A DNA stretch of 64,000 bases from Clostridia bacterium (GCA_017447445.1 JAFSNK010000021.1:39390-103389); one strand, 5' to 3'. Counted from the stretch's first letter, positions 37,262 to 46,152 are shown. Numbers and translations: made by a program. Notes: generated from the sequence alone by a model not told the origin.

Positions 37262-37297
37262 ACGCATATGAATCATTTCAGGGTGATTCATATGCGT
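37262..37297 (+). promoter_or_regulatory. Perfect 14-bp inverted repeat spanning both candidate cwlD start codons
   Basis: ACGCATATGAATCA (37262-37275), loop TTTCAGGG, TGATTCATATGCGT (37284-37297). The ATGs at 37268 and 37292 lie in opposite arms. Confidence 0.6.
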
Positions 37298-38038
37298 AAT
37301 TGCGATTATTCGGATGCACGTAAAAGCTTATACGTCCTTTTTATCGTCCTTTTGCTTATAACCGCGTTTTATCTGCTCGCGTCGATCTTTATCTCCATGG
37401 GCTACGAATCCTACCGCGCGTCCGTGCAGACCGCGAATACAAGCGCCTCCCGGCGCTTCGTCACGGTCGTCGACGCGGGACACGGCGGCGAGGACCCGGG
37501 CGCTTCCGGCGGCGGGCTGTACGAAAAAGACTTAAACCTTAAAGTCGCGCTGTATCTCGCACAGCTCCTGCAAAGCAACGGAAACGAAACCGTACTTACG
37601 CGAAGCGAAGACAAAATGCTTTACGGCGAAGGGCACGAAAACCGCAAAAAGTATTACGACCTGCTGAACCGCGCTCTTATAGCCGAATCGCGGGAAAACG
37701 CGGTCTTCGTAAGTATCCATATGAACAAATTCCCGGCGGAATCCTGCCGCGGACTTCAAACTTTTTATTCGATAAACGACGAAAACAGCCGGCGGCTCGC
37801 GGAGCTGATACAGCAAAACGCCGCGCTGCTGCAGCCGCAGAACAAACGCGCGGTCAAATCCGCCGGTGAAGAAATATTCCTGCTCGGGCGGCTAAAAATG
37901 CCCGCCGTGCTCGTGGAATGCGGGTTTCTTTCGAACCCGGAGGAAGCAAAGCTGCTTTCCGATAAAGAATACTTAAAAAAACTCGCGCTCACGGTTTATC
38001 TCGGAATAAACGGATTCGAAGCGGGGGAGGGGAATTGA
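37268..38038 (+). CDS. cwlD: N-acetylmuramoyl-L-alanine amidase, CwlD-like (germination-specific)
   Basis: N-terminal TM, VVDAGHGGEDPGASG, FVSIHMN, and the pattern around LQTFYS and ECGFLSNPEE are typical of Amidase_3/CwlD. The start is either 37268 or 37292. Confidence 0.75.
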   Translation: MNHFRVIHMRNCDYSDARKSLYVLFIVLLLITAFYLLASIFISMGYESYRASVQTANTSASRRFVTVVDAGHGGEDPGASGGGLYEKDLNLKVALYLAQLLQSNGNETVLTRSEDKMLYGEGHENRKKYYDLLNRALIAESRENAVFVSIHMNKFPAESCRGLQTFYSINDENSRRLAELIQQNAALLQPQNKRAVKSAGEEIFLLGRLKMPAVLVECGFLSNPEEAKLLSDKEYLKKLALTVYLGINGFEAGEGN

Positions 38039-39417
38039 TGAAAACCGAATATCTATGCGAGCTTTGCGGCTACGTTTCTCCGAAATGGTACGGAAAATGC
38101 CCGCAGTGCGGCGAATGGAACTCTTTTGTCGAAAGGCAGGAGGAAAAGCCGGAAAAAGACGGATCCGCCGCCAAAAGAACGCGCAGGAACACCGCGGCGG
38201 TCACCGAAGAACCCCGTTCGCGCAGGATAAAAGATATAAGCTTTATCGAAAAAGAGCGGATCAGCACGGGTATAGGCGAATTCGACAGAGTGCTGGGCGG
38301 AGGGCTCGTGGAGGGCTCCGTGGTCCTGCTTTCCGGCGAACCCGGAATAGGGAAGTCGACCCTGCTGCTCCAGATCTGCCGCACGATAGGAAGAGGATCG
38401 AAGATACTATACGTTACCGGAGAGGAATCCTCCGCGCAGATACGCCTGCGCTGCAAACGCCTTTCCGTCGATAACGACAATGTGTTTATATTAAGCGAAA
38501 ACGACATAGACGCGGTAATAACCGAGATCAACACGCTTGCGCCCGAAATAGTTATTATAGACTCTATACAGACGATGTACGACGAATCGTATCCTTCGTC
38601 TCAGGGGAGCATAACTCAGGTTCGGCAGTGCGCGCTCCGGCTTATCAACAAAGCCAAGGACGACGGCGTTTCCATGCTTCTCGTCGGGCACGTAAACAAA
38701 GAAGGCGCTATCGCCGGGCCAAAGGTGCTGGAACATATGGTCGACGCCGTCCTGTATTTCGAGGGCGATAAACAGCACGCCTACCGCATCGTGCGGGGCG
38801 AAAAGAACCGCTACGGTTCCACAAACGAAATAGGCGTTTTCGAGATGGGCGACGAAGGGCTTACGGAAATCGAAAAACCCTCCGAGTTGCTGCTTTCGCA
38901 GCGCCCGAAGGGAGTGCCCGGAAACTGCCCGGTATGCGTAATAGAAGGCAGCCGCCCGATCATCGCGGAGATACAGTGTCTTACCTCGCAAACCGTATAT
39001 CCTACGCCGCGCAGGATGTCCGCCGGAATAGATTACAACCGCACGGCTCTGCTGCTCGCGGTGCTGGAAAAACGGCTCGGGCTGAAATTCTCTGCGCAGG
39101 ACGTTTACGTTAACGTCGCCGCGGGTATGCGCCTTGTGGAGCCCGCCTGCGACGCCGCTTGCGCGCTGTCGATGATATCCACCTACAAGAACCTTCCGAT
39201 CCCCGAAGACCTTATAGTATTCGGCGAGATAGGTCTTGCGGGAGAATGCCGCGCCGTGGCGAATACCGGACAGCGTGTGAACGAATCCGCACGGCTAGGG
39301 TTTACACGGATCGCGCTGCCGCACAGGTCGGTCTCCGGCTTGAAGAATCCGCCCAAAGGCGTTGAGATCATACCGATCAGAAGCGTTTTCGACCTTTATA
39401 AGCTTATCGAACAGTAA
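38038..39417 (+). CDS. radA: DNA repair protein RadA/Sms
   Basis: CxxC-x-CxxC zinc finger at the N-terminus, Walker A GEPGIGKST, KNRYG motif and a Lon-like C-terminal domain. Confidence 0.9.
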   Translation: MKTEYLCELCGYVSPKWYGKCPQCGEWNSFVERQEEKPEKDGSAAKRTRRNTAAVTEEPRSRRIKDISFIEKERISTGIGEFDRVLGGGLVEGSVVLLSGEPGIGKSTLLLQICRTIGRGSKILYVTGEESSAQIRLRCKRLSVDNDNVFILSENDIDAVITEINTLAPEIVIIDSIQTMYDESYPSSQGSITQVRQCALRLINKAKDDGVSMLLVGHVNKEGAIAGPKVLEHMVDAVLYFEGDKQHAYRIVRGEKNRYGSTNEIGVFEMGDEGLTEIEKPSELLLSQRPKGVPGNCPVCVIEGSRPIIAEIQCLTSQTVYPTPRRMSAGIDYNRTALLLAVLEKRLGLKFSAQDVYVNVAAGMRLVEPACDAACALSMISTYKNLPIPEDLIVFGEIGLAGECRAVANTGQRVNESARLGFTRIALPHRSVSGLKNPPKGVEIIPIRSVFDLYKLIEQ

Positions 39418-39440
39418 ATACGTTTTTATAAGAGGAACAT

Positions 39441-40250
39441 ATGGAAAGGATCTGCGAACCGAATCTGCCGCATGGAAGAGTAAGAAGGGCATTCGTATCG
39501 GCGCTTATGCCGGAATCGCTTATAAACGAGCTGAACTGTATGGGCGTGATAACCTATAAACTCGGCAAAAGCAAGAATCTTTCCGGCGAACTCGCTTATC
39601 ATCCGGACCTGCTTTTGAACAACTACCGCACGGGCTGCTGGATATGCGAGCAGAACGCGGCGTATCTGCCGCAGGATTTTCCTTATAAAGAAATGATAAC
39701 CGAATCCGAAGGCGTGCTCGGAGACCTTTATCCCTATGATTGCAGATTCAACAATTTCCGCCTTAACGGCAGATTATATACCGGCTCGCAGTGCGATTAC
39801 CTAATAAAAGCGTACGCGGATTATGATAATATATCAGTATGTTATACTTATTCAAATTATACCAAATGTTCAACTGTGATAGTGGACGAGAATTCGATAA
39901 TAACCTGCGATATGTATCTGGCTAAAACCGCGAGAAGTATGGGCGTGAACGTGCTGGCGATACCGGACGACGAAGGAATTTTGCTTACAAACAAAAGCCA
40001 TGGATTGATCGGCGGATGCGCGGCAAAGCTGGATAAGAATTTGCTGGCGTTCACGGGAGACGTACAAGCATACGCGCACGGCGACGAGATAATAGATTTC
40101 TGCAATCAGCAGAACGTGCAAGTGATGTCGCTGACTTCAGATAAAATGTACGACTACGGAGGAATACTTCCGATAACAGAACTTGTGCCGTACGAAGAAC
40201 AGGATCAGCAGCGGATGCAGATCGATCTGTTCAACGAACAAAACAACTGA
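39441..40250 (+). CDS. Conserved-looking hypothetical cytoplasmic protein, Cys-rich
   Basis: 269 aa with no TM or signal. It sits 23 nt downstream of radA and ends before a terminator-like structure. I cannot assign a family. Confidence 0.5.
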   Translation: MERICEPNLPHGRVRRAFVSALMPESLINELNCMGVITYKLGKSKNLSGELAYHPDLLLNNYRTGCWICEQNAAYLPQDFPYKEMITESEGVLGDLYPYDCRFNNFRLNGRLYTGSQCDYLIKAYADYDNISVCYTYSNYTKCSTVIVDENSIITCDMYLAKTARSMGVNVLAIPDDEGILLTNKSHGLIGGCAAKLDKNLLAFTGDVQAYAHGDEIIDFCNQQNVQVMSLTSDKMYDYGGILPITELVPYEEQDQQRMQIDLFNEQNN

Positions 40251-40356
40251 AGCGGCAAAAATACATATTATATATATAATAATTGAATTATCCAAAAGAA
40301 AGACCGGAAAGGGGTCCCGAAGCCCGTCTTCCGGCTTTTTTCGTTATATTACTTCC

Positions 40357-40392
40357 CTATATTACATAAAACTTTTATTTTATGTAATATAG
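40357..40392. repeat. Perfect 15-bp inverted repeat with 6-bp spacer (recombinase core-site-like architecture)
   Basis: CTATATTACATAAAA (40357-40371), CTTTTA, TTTTATGTAATATAG (40378-40392). It lies between two terminator-like GC hairpins in a convergent intergenic region. Each arm contains TTATGTAA. Confidence 0.8.
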
Positions 40393-40484
40393 TCAAAATC
40401 GGGAAGGGGCGGAAAAAATATATCCCCGCCCCGGTAAAATACAAAAAATTATATCTCGCAGGCATGCATCGTGCGGCCGCAAGC

Positions 40485-41525
40485 TCAGCCTTCGTCTGTA
40501 AATATCTGCTCCGTGTCTTCGTCAAAAGACTCTTCGCCGTAACCGGGGCGCTCGTCCGGATGTTCCTCGTAATACGGCTCTATAACATATTTTTCAACGA
40601 CCGGATACGCGCAGTATACGCCGATATACGCAAGGAACGAAAATACGAATATCCCAAGCAGGATTATCGCTACCGACGGAAACAGAATGTAGAAATACAC
40701 GAACGCGACCGCAAACAGCAGAGCGCCGACGAATCCGGCAAGATTCCGTTTTATCCCAAGCGCCGTGAGCAGGAAGGAATTTTTGAACATCTTCCCTATC
40801 GACATCCTGCAGGTGACGAGCTGGATATACAAGTAATACCGCATTATATAATATATCGCCGCGAACAATATGGAAGCGTAATAGAATACCAGCATCATAA
40901 AACTGTTCGCCGAGTTTGCGCTGTACGCCATTATATCGTATACCAGCAAAGCGATTATCAGAAAATCGATAATACCGACCGCAAGCCCCTGCTTGAAATT
41001 CTTTTTTATGCCTTCGAAGAAGTCGCCCCAGGTATAAATGCTCTCGCCGCGGCAGACGTTTCTTATATTGTATATCATCCCGATAGATGACAGTCCGAAG
41101 GTTATTAAAAGCAGGAACGCAAAGCACATAAGCACTTTCGAAGCGGCAGATACCACCGTTAGCTCCGTGCCGGCGCCGTAAACGCCGAACAGCGCGGAGG
41201 TAACGGGATTGTTCTCGTATTGCATGATTCCGTACAGCGGCCCGTACAGCGGGTCCGAAGCGGTGTTGACGCTGCCGTTGAAATACCCGGCGACGCCCAG
41301 CAGCGCGATAAACAAAGGAATATTGCACAAAGCAAAAATAAGGTTGTTAAGCGCAAGCTTGCCCAACCTCATCTTCAGAAGTTTGAAAAAATAGGCAAAG
41401 CCGAGCTGTTTATCGTGCTCGACCTGCTTTTTCGTCACTCCCCTGCCGGACCTGTTTTCGGTACCGGAAAAGAAGTTATATATTCTGTGTTTCTTGTTTT
41501 TGTTGTCAGGATTCATCGATCTCAC
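40485..41525 (-). CDS. Polytopic membrane protein, possibly YesL/DUF624-like
   Basis: The basic N-terminus followed by LALNNLIFALCNIPLFIALLG resembles the DUF624 signature, but the protein is longer than typical members. Confidence 0.4.
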   Translation of the reverse strand: MRSMNPDNKNKKHRIYNFFSGTENRSGRGVTKKQVEHDKQLGFAYFFKLLKMRLGKLALNNLIFALCNIPLFIALLGVAGYFNGSVNTASDPLYGPLYGIMQYENNPVTSALFGVYGAGTELTVVSAASKVLMCFAFLLLITFGLSSIGMIYNIRNVCRGESIYTWGDFFEGIKKNFKQGLAVGIIDFLIIALLVYDIMAYSANSANSFMMLVFYYASILFAAIYYIMRYYLYIQLVTCRMSIGKMFKNSFLLTALGIKRNLAGFVGALLFAVAFVYFYILFPSVAIILLGIFVFSFLAYIGVYCAYPVVEKYVIEPYYEEHPDERPGYGEESFDEDTEQIFTDEG

Positions 41526-42419
41526 TCACGCACGGGGATGGAATTTCATATAACTGTTCTGCATTTTGTTTTTAAGGAACTGAGCGTATCTTTGCGTGGA
41601 AGAAATATCGCTGTGTCCCAGAATAACCTGAATATCGTGTATATCCGCGCCGTTTTCCAGCAGATGCGCCGCGAAGGAATGCCTTAAGGTATGCGGCGTG
41701 ATCGATTTTTTGATCTCCGCGGCGGAGGCGTAGCTCTTCAATATCTTCCAAAAGCCCTGGCGCGTCATTTTTTCGCCGGTAACGTTCACAAACAGAGCGT
41801 TTTCGCGGCTGTCGGTGACCAAAAGCTTGCGGGACTTTTCCAGATAGTGCGAGATCGCTTTAACCGCTATCGGATATATGGGAATGAACCTTTCCTTATC
41901 GTCGCTGCCGCAGCGGATGAATGAAAGCTGCAGATTCACGTCTTCTACCGTGAGGCCGATAAGCTCGGAAACCTTTATTCCGGTAGCGTAAAGCACTTCG
42001 AGCATCGCTTTGTCGCGCATGCCTTTTATATCGTTCACGTCCGGCTGATTCAGAAGCTTTTCTACTTCCTTTGAAGTAAGTACGAGCATTTCCTTCTTTT
42101 CGGATTTGTCGTTATGTATCGATTTCGCCGGGTTCGTTTCGCAGATCCCGGAAGCGATAAAATACTGGTACATTCCGCGCAGAGACGAAAGCGTGCGGCT
42201 TACCGAAGACGAAGAAAGCCCGACGGAAGCAAGATGGCGTTTGAAATCGGCTATCGTTTCGCTGTCGGCGTCGGCAAAATCTTCGATATCCGCGTCGTTG
42301 GCGTATTCGACGAACTTTTGAATATCCCTGCGGTACGCCTGCAGGGTGTTATCCGAAGCTCGTTTCTCGTCGCGCAGATAATCGAGGTAACTATTCAGTT
42401 GTGATACCAATTTGGACAT
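41526..42419 (-). CDS. xerD: Site-specific tyrosine recombinase XerD (XerC/D family)
   Basis: N-terminus LNSYLDYLRDEKRASDNTLQAYRRDIQKF. Catalytic residues in ...LYATGIKVSELIGL..., HTLRHSFAAHLLENGADI, LGHSDISSTQRY. 297 aa with no phage context. Confidence 0.8.
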   Translation of the reverse strand: MSKLVSQLNSYLDYLRDEKRASDNTLQAYRRDIQKFVEYANDADIEDFADADSETIADFKRHLASVGLSSSSVSRTLSSLRGMYQYFIASGICETNPAKSIHNDKSEKKEMLVLTSKEVEKLLNQPDVNDIKGMRDKAMLEVLYATGIKVSELIGLTVEDVNLQLSFIRCGSDDKERFIPIYPIAVKAISHYLEKSRKLLVTDSRENALFVNVTGEKMTRQGFWKILKSYASAAEIKKSITPHTLRHSFAAHLLENGADIHDIQVILGHSDISSTQRYAQFLKNKMQNSYMKFHPRA

Positions 42420-42442
42420 CTTTTCACAACCAGTCGCTTTAC

Positions 42443-43054
42443 TTAACTTTTAACAAACAAAACGTAAATATACGTTAAAACAAGATTTATCGAAAATACC
42501 ATAAGGAAAAATACGGAGTAACTCAGCAAAGGGCGCAGCCTGAACAGCTCGTTTTTCCCGGCGAAAGCGCGTTTTGAAAACACGAAAACGCCGCAGCAGA
42601 AAAGCAGATCGAAAAACGCAAAAGCCGAACAGATCAGCGCGAACAGCAAAAACCTTTGCAGGATACGTTCGGAATAAACGGCTGTCACGCAGGAGGTAGC
42701 GGCGCCGATGCAGAAGGAAAGCGCGGAATAGGCGGAAACGGAAGCAATCCTGCCGAAAACAGTCATTCCGGCAAGCGCAATCGGCAAGATAAACGCCGAA
42801 ACCGCAATAATACAGCCGCGAATCGCTTCGGCAGGCGTACATTTGCCCGCTTTGTCCGCTATTGCACGGTACAGCTCGGAAACGCCGCCGTTTATATCGG
42901 CGTACACGAACCCCGCCGCCGCGCAGAACGCGAACAGAAGCAGGAACGGGATCACGAGATTTTTACGGAAAACGGAAAACTCGTTTGTTTTGATTTTCTC
43001 TTCAACGTTAACGCAAACGGGCAGCAGCGGATTGTAACTTATCTGCGCGTCCAT
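42443..43054 (-). CDS. Small polytopic membrane protein; possible stage II sporulation protein M
   Basis: 203 aa with 4-5 TM. Size, topology and position next to xerD are compatible with SpoIIM, but I see no decisive motif. Confidence 0.3.
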   Translation of the reverse strand: MDAQISYNPLLPVCVNVEEKIKTNEFSVFRKNLVIPFLLLFAFCAAAGFVYADINGGVSELYRAIADKAGKCTPAEAIRGCIIAVSAFILPIALAGMTVFGRIASVSAYSALSFCIGAATSCVTAVYSERILQRFLLFALICSAFAFFDLLFCCGVFVFSKRAFAGKNELFRLRPLLSYSVFFLMVFSINLVLTYIYVLFVKS

Positions 43055-43097
43055 AACATATCACCGTTCGATAATATGCTTAACGCGCACAATTATA

Positions 43098-43931
43098 TTA
43101 CAGCTCGCCGCTTATCTCGTCCGCCCTTTCGGTACACGCACGCATGGCGCGTTCCACAGTGCCTTCAAAATCGTCCCTGCGGAAGGAATCGAGCGCCGCG
43201 ACGGTAGTTCCGTTGGGCGAAGAGACGTTTTCAATAAGCTTTTCTATCGTCTCGCCGCTTTTCTGTATCATAGAGACAGAACCCTTTATCGTTTGCAGTA
43301 TAAGTGGCAGCGCGGTCTCGCGGGGGATCCCCTGCTTTTCGGCGGCGTCCGCCATTGCTTTAACAAACAAATAAACGTAGGCGGGAGAAGAACCGTTAAC
43401 CGAAATAATGGGATTAAGCGCGGATTCCTCGGTCACTTCCACGTGCGCCACTTCAGAAAGTATGCGGCAGAAGCATTCGAATTCTTTCTTCGCCACCCGT
43501 TCGTTCTTCGCGGCGGCGATAACGCCTTCGCCTATAAGTATCGGCGTGGAGGGCATGGTTCGTATTATCTTCAATTCCCTGCCGGCGCAGTTTTCTATAA
43601 ACGCGGAAGGTACCGCCGCGGCGAACGAAACGAAGACCGCGTCGGTATTGACTTCGCATTCCGTAAAAAGATTATGTATCGCGGTTTTAACGACGTTCGG
43701 TTTTACGGCTATAAAAATAAAGTCCGCATCTTTCGAAGCGGAACCCGGCGTATTAGTTGCTTTGATCCCGCATTGCCGAAACTTTTGGTATTTGGAGGCG
43801 TCCGTATCGCATACGGTGATGCATTCGGGCGCGACGGCGCCGCATCGCACGAGGCCGCAGGCGACTGCGCCGGCGATATTACCGCCGCCGATGAACAACA
43901 GTTTTTTGTTGTTGACACCGCGTAATGCCAT
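43098..43931 (-). CDS. proC: Pyrroline-5-carboxylate reductase
   Basis: FIGGGNIAGAV Rossmann motif and C-terminal SPNGTT / P5CR dimerisation pattern. Confidence 0.85.
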   Translation of the reverse strand: MALRGVNNKKLLFIGGGNIAGAVACGLVRCGAVAPECITVCDTDASKYQKFRQCGIKATNTPGSASKDADFIFIAVKPNVVKTAIHNLFTECEVNTDAVFVSFAAAVPSAFIENCAGRELKIIRTMPSTPILIGEGVIAAAKNERVAKKEFECFCRILSEVAHVEVTEESALNPIISVNGSSPAYVYLFVKAMADAAEKQGIPRETALPLILQTIKGSVSMIQKSGETIEKLIENVSSPNGTTVAALDSFRRDDFEGTVERAMRACTERADEISGEL

Positions 43932-44022
43932 ATATTTACCTCACTCCAAAACCGTGTACTTTATAATAATATATCAAGGCGATTTTTTCAAGGGGTTTTT
44001 CAAAACTTTTACAAAATTGTGC

Positions 44023-44060
44023 ATTATGTCAGTAAATTATGTAAAGTTAATTATGTAAAC
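44023..44060. repeat. Three direct repeats of ATTATGT(C/A)A upstream of the proC promoter
   Basis: Repeats start at 44023, 44036 and 44050 (ATTATGTCAG, ATTATGTAAAG, ATTATGTAAAC). On the proC strand they read TTTACATAAT, TTTACATAAT and CTGACATAAT, just upstream of a TTGAAA-17-TATTAT promoter. Confidence 0.6.
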
Positions 44061-44230
44061 CGATAACACCCCGCCCCTATCTTGTACTTCATTGCGCCCT
44101 TCAATCAATATATTGTTTACTTATTTGCCGCAGCCACGGTCAAAAACGCGTTTTTCGGTTGTTTATGTGGTAATTTTATACAAAACTGCATATTGACGGC
44201 GTTCTTTTATTTGTATTATTTTTTAATCTA

Positions 44231-44259
44231 TTGCATTTTTTCCCGGCAGGTGTTATAAT
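44231..44259 (+). promoter_or_regulatory. Sigma-A-type promoter for the 5'-nucleotidase-like gene
   Basis: TTGCAT (44231-44236), 17-nt spacer, TATAAT (44254-44259). Confidence 0.55.
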
Positions 44260-44298
44260 TCTGTTGAACCGAATCATATTATTAATAAGGATGCTCTC

Positions 44299-46152
44299 AT
44301 GAAAAGAAAGCTCGCCGCTTTGCTTATCATATTCAATATATTCGCTTGCCTGTGTCTTCCCTTCCTTGCCTACGCCGGCTCGCATTCCGGGCTCAACGTC
44401 GTATTTACCGGAAATCTGCATTCGCATCTGGAAAACTTCGCGTTTATTTCGGATTATATAAAGAACGAGCGCAGCGTTTATCCTGATGCTCTCGCTTTGG
44501 ATTGCGGCAATTTTTCCATCGGCGCCGCGCCGCAGGTGCTTTTTGCCGCGGAAGCGCCCGAGCTTCGTCTTTTAGGCGCCTCCGGGTACGACGCGATTGC
44601 TTTGGGTGCGCACGAATATTCCTACGGCGAAGATACCGTTAAGCAAATGCTTCTTTCCGCGAAAAACTCAAACGAAACGCTTCCGGCGGTACTCTGCGAC
44701 GAGCCCGAAAAAGTAATACCCGCTTCCGACAGGTATGAAACGCCGGTAAAGAGATATTCTCTTATTAAGCGCGGAGGGTATTCCGTCGCGGTTTTTTCCG
44801 TTTGCGATACGGATTCTTTCAAAATCGCGCGTAATATCGCCGACGAGGTCAAAAAACTCTATTCCCCCGATCTGGTGGTTTGCCTGTTCGGCGCGGACGG
44901 ACTTACAAGCGATTATTATTACGAGAAAAAGCTTGCCGCGGACGCGCCCGGGATCGACCTTATAATCTCCGCCAACGAAAAAGTCGTTTACGACGAACCG
45001 TTGTACTCCGGCGGCGCTTTTATCGTCGGGACCGGAAAAGACGGGCTTCTGGCGGGGCAGATAACGTTCGATATCGATAACGGAAAGATCTCCTGCAAAA
45101 GATTCGTTTATACCGATAAGTCTTCCTATAAGAACGAAGACGCGTCCGTTGCCGCGGCGGCAGCCGCCTTCATTGAAAAAACCGATCCGTTTTTCGAATC
45201 CTACGGTTATTCCGGCGCGAACGCGATAGTTGCCAAAAGCGATTATTCGCTTACCGGATACGGCGCTTATTCCAAAACCGCCTCCCTCAATAAGCTTATC
45301 GCCGACGCGTTTGTAAACTGTATCAAAAACAAAGAGGAAGCGAACTGTAAACCGGTAGATATAGCGCTCGTTTCCACGTATTCGGTCCGCGGCGGCATAA
45401 ACGAAGGCGATATCACCGTATCCGATCTGTTCGCGATGCTTCCGCTCGGCGACTCGGCTCATACATACTGCGGCTCGCCGCTGTGTTCGTTCTATATCCG
45501 CGGCGACGATATCATCGACCTGTGCGAAGCGGATATAAGCATTTCGCCGTCCGTTCCGGAACTTTCGCTTTATATTTCCGGCGTATCCTACAGCGCGAAC
45601 ACCTCGAGGATAAAGTTCAACCGCGTGTATAGCTGTATGCTTTCCGACGATTATTCCGTTACGGAGATAAATGAAGAAAAGCTTTACCGCGTCGTCTCTT
45701 CACTTTATACAGCGGAATCGCTGAAAAGAATAAAAGAAGGATCATTCGGGATACTTTCTGTAACATTGCGCGACGAAAACGGCAACGAGATAAAGGATAC
45801 TTCGGAAATCGTTATACGCGATTCCGAAGGCAAAGAGATATTGCAATGGCAGGCGCTTGCGGACGATCTCCCGGTATTCCGCAGCGAAAACGGCGCCGCA
45901 ATCCTTTCTGACGCGTATTCATATGAAAAATATGTAAACAAGACGATCCTTTCGGGATTCGATAAAAACTTCTTCACAGGTCTTAACGCCGCGTCCTGGA
46001 TAGTATTCGGCTCCGGCGCTTTCGCGCTGCTGTTCATAATAGCGATAATACTTATCGTGATCGCTGCCGTCCGCAGGCATAAAAAGAAGGTCCGCGCCAT
46101 GATCGCGCTTGAGGAAGGCGAAGACGACGAGGAATACGAGGAAGAGGAATAA
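44299..46152 (+). CDS. Membrane-anchored 5'-nucleotidase/metallophosphatase-like protein with substituted metal-binding motifs
   Basis: Signal peptide. Metallophosphatase plus 5'-nucleotidase C-terminal domain architecture. C-terminal TM and an acidic tail (EEGEDDEEYEEEE). Motifs read TGNLHSH, LDCGNF and LGAHEY instead of the usual NDxH, GD and GNHE. Confidence 0.65.
   Translation: MKRKLAALLIIFNIFACLCLPFLAYAGSHSGLNVVFTGNLHSHLENFAFISDYIKNERSVYPDALALDCGNFSIGAAPQVLFAAEAPELRLLGASGYDAIALGAHEYSYGEDTVKQMLLSAKNSNETLPAVLCDEPEKVIPASDRYETPVKRYSLIKRGGYSVAVFSVCDTDSFKIARNIADEVKKLYSPDLVVCLFGADGLTSDYYYEKKLAADAPGIDLIISANEKVVYDEPLYSGGAFIVGTGKDGLLAGQITFDIDNGKISCKRFVYTDKSSYKNEDASVAAAAAAFIEKTDPFFESYGYSGANAIVAKSDYSLTGYGAYSKTASLNKLIADAFVNCIKNKEEANCKPVDIALVSTYSVRGGINEGDITVSDLFAMLPLGDSAHTYCGSPLCSFYIRGDDIIDLCEADISISPSVPELSLYISGVSYSANTSRIKFNRVYSCMLSDDYSVTEINEEKLYRVVSSLYTAESLKRIKEGSFGILSVTLRDENGNEIKDTSEIVIRDSEGKEILQWQALADDLPVFRSENGAAILSDAYSYEKYVNKTILSGFDKNFFTGLNAASWIVFGSGAFALLFIIAIILIVIAAVRRHKKKVRAMIALEEGEDDEEYEEEE

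Noticed and set aside
40351-40392. Canonical 28-bp dif site
   Set aside because: Only the ACTTCC start and the TTATGTAA arm core match my recollection of Firmicute dif. No 11-6-11 alignment to the consensus works, so it is reported only as a dif-like or recombinase-site-like palindrome.
41526-42419. The tyrosine recombinase as a marker of an integrated mobile element
   Set aside because: Its N-terminal and catalytic motifs are those of chromosomal XerC/D. There are no flanking phage, ICE or transposon genes, tRNA targets or direct repeats, and the composition does not differ visibly from its surroundings.
43932-44100. T-box leader upstream of proC, and an L-box lysine riboswitch upstream of lysA (48465 region)
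   Set aside because: No T-box consensus (AGGGTGGNACCGCG-like) is present on the proC strand. lysA overlaps engB and has no leader at all.
44176-44427. 83-aa minus-strand ORF overlapping the nucleotidase-like gene start and its promoter
   Set aside because: It overlaps a near-consensus promoter and the signal-peptide region of the + strand gene. It has odd composition and no SD.
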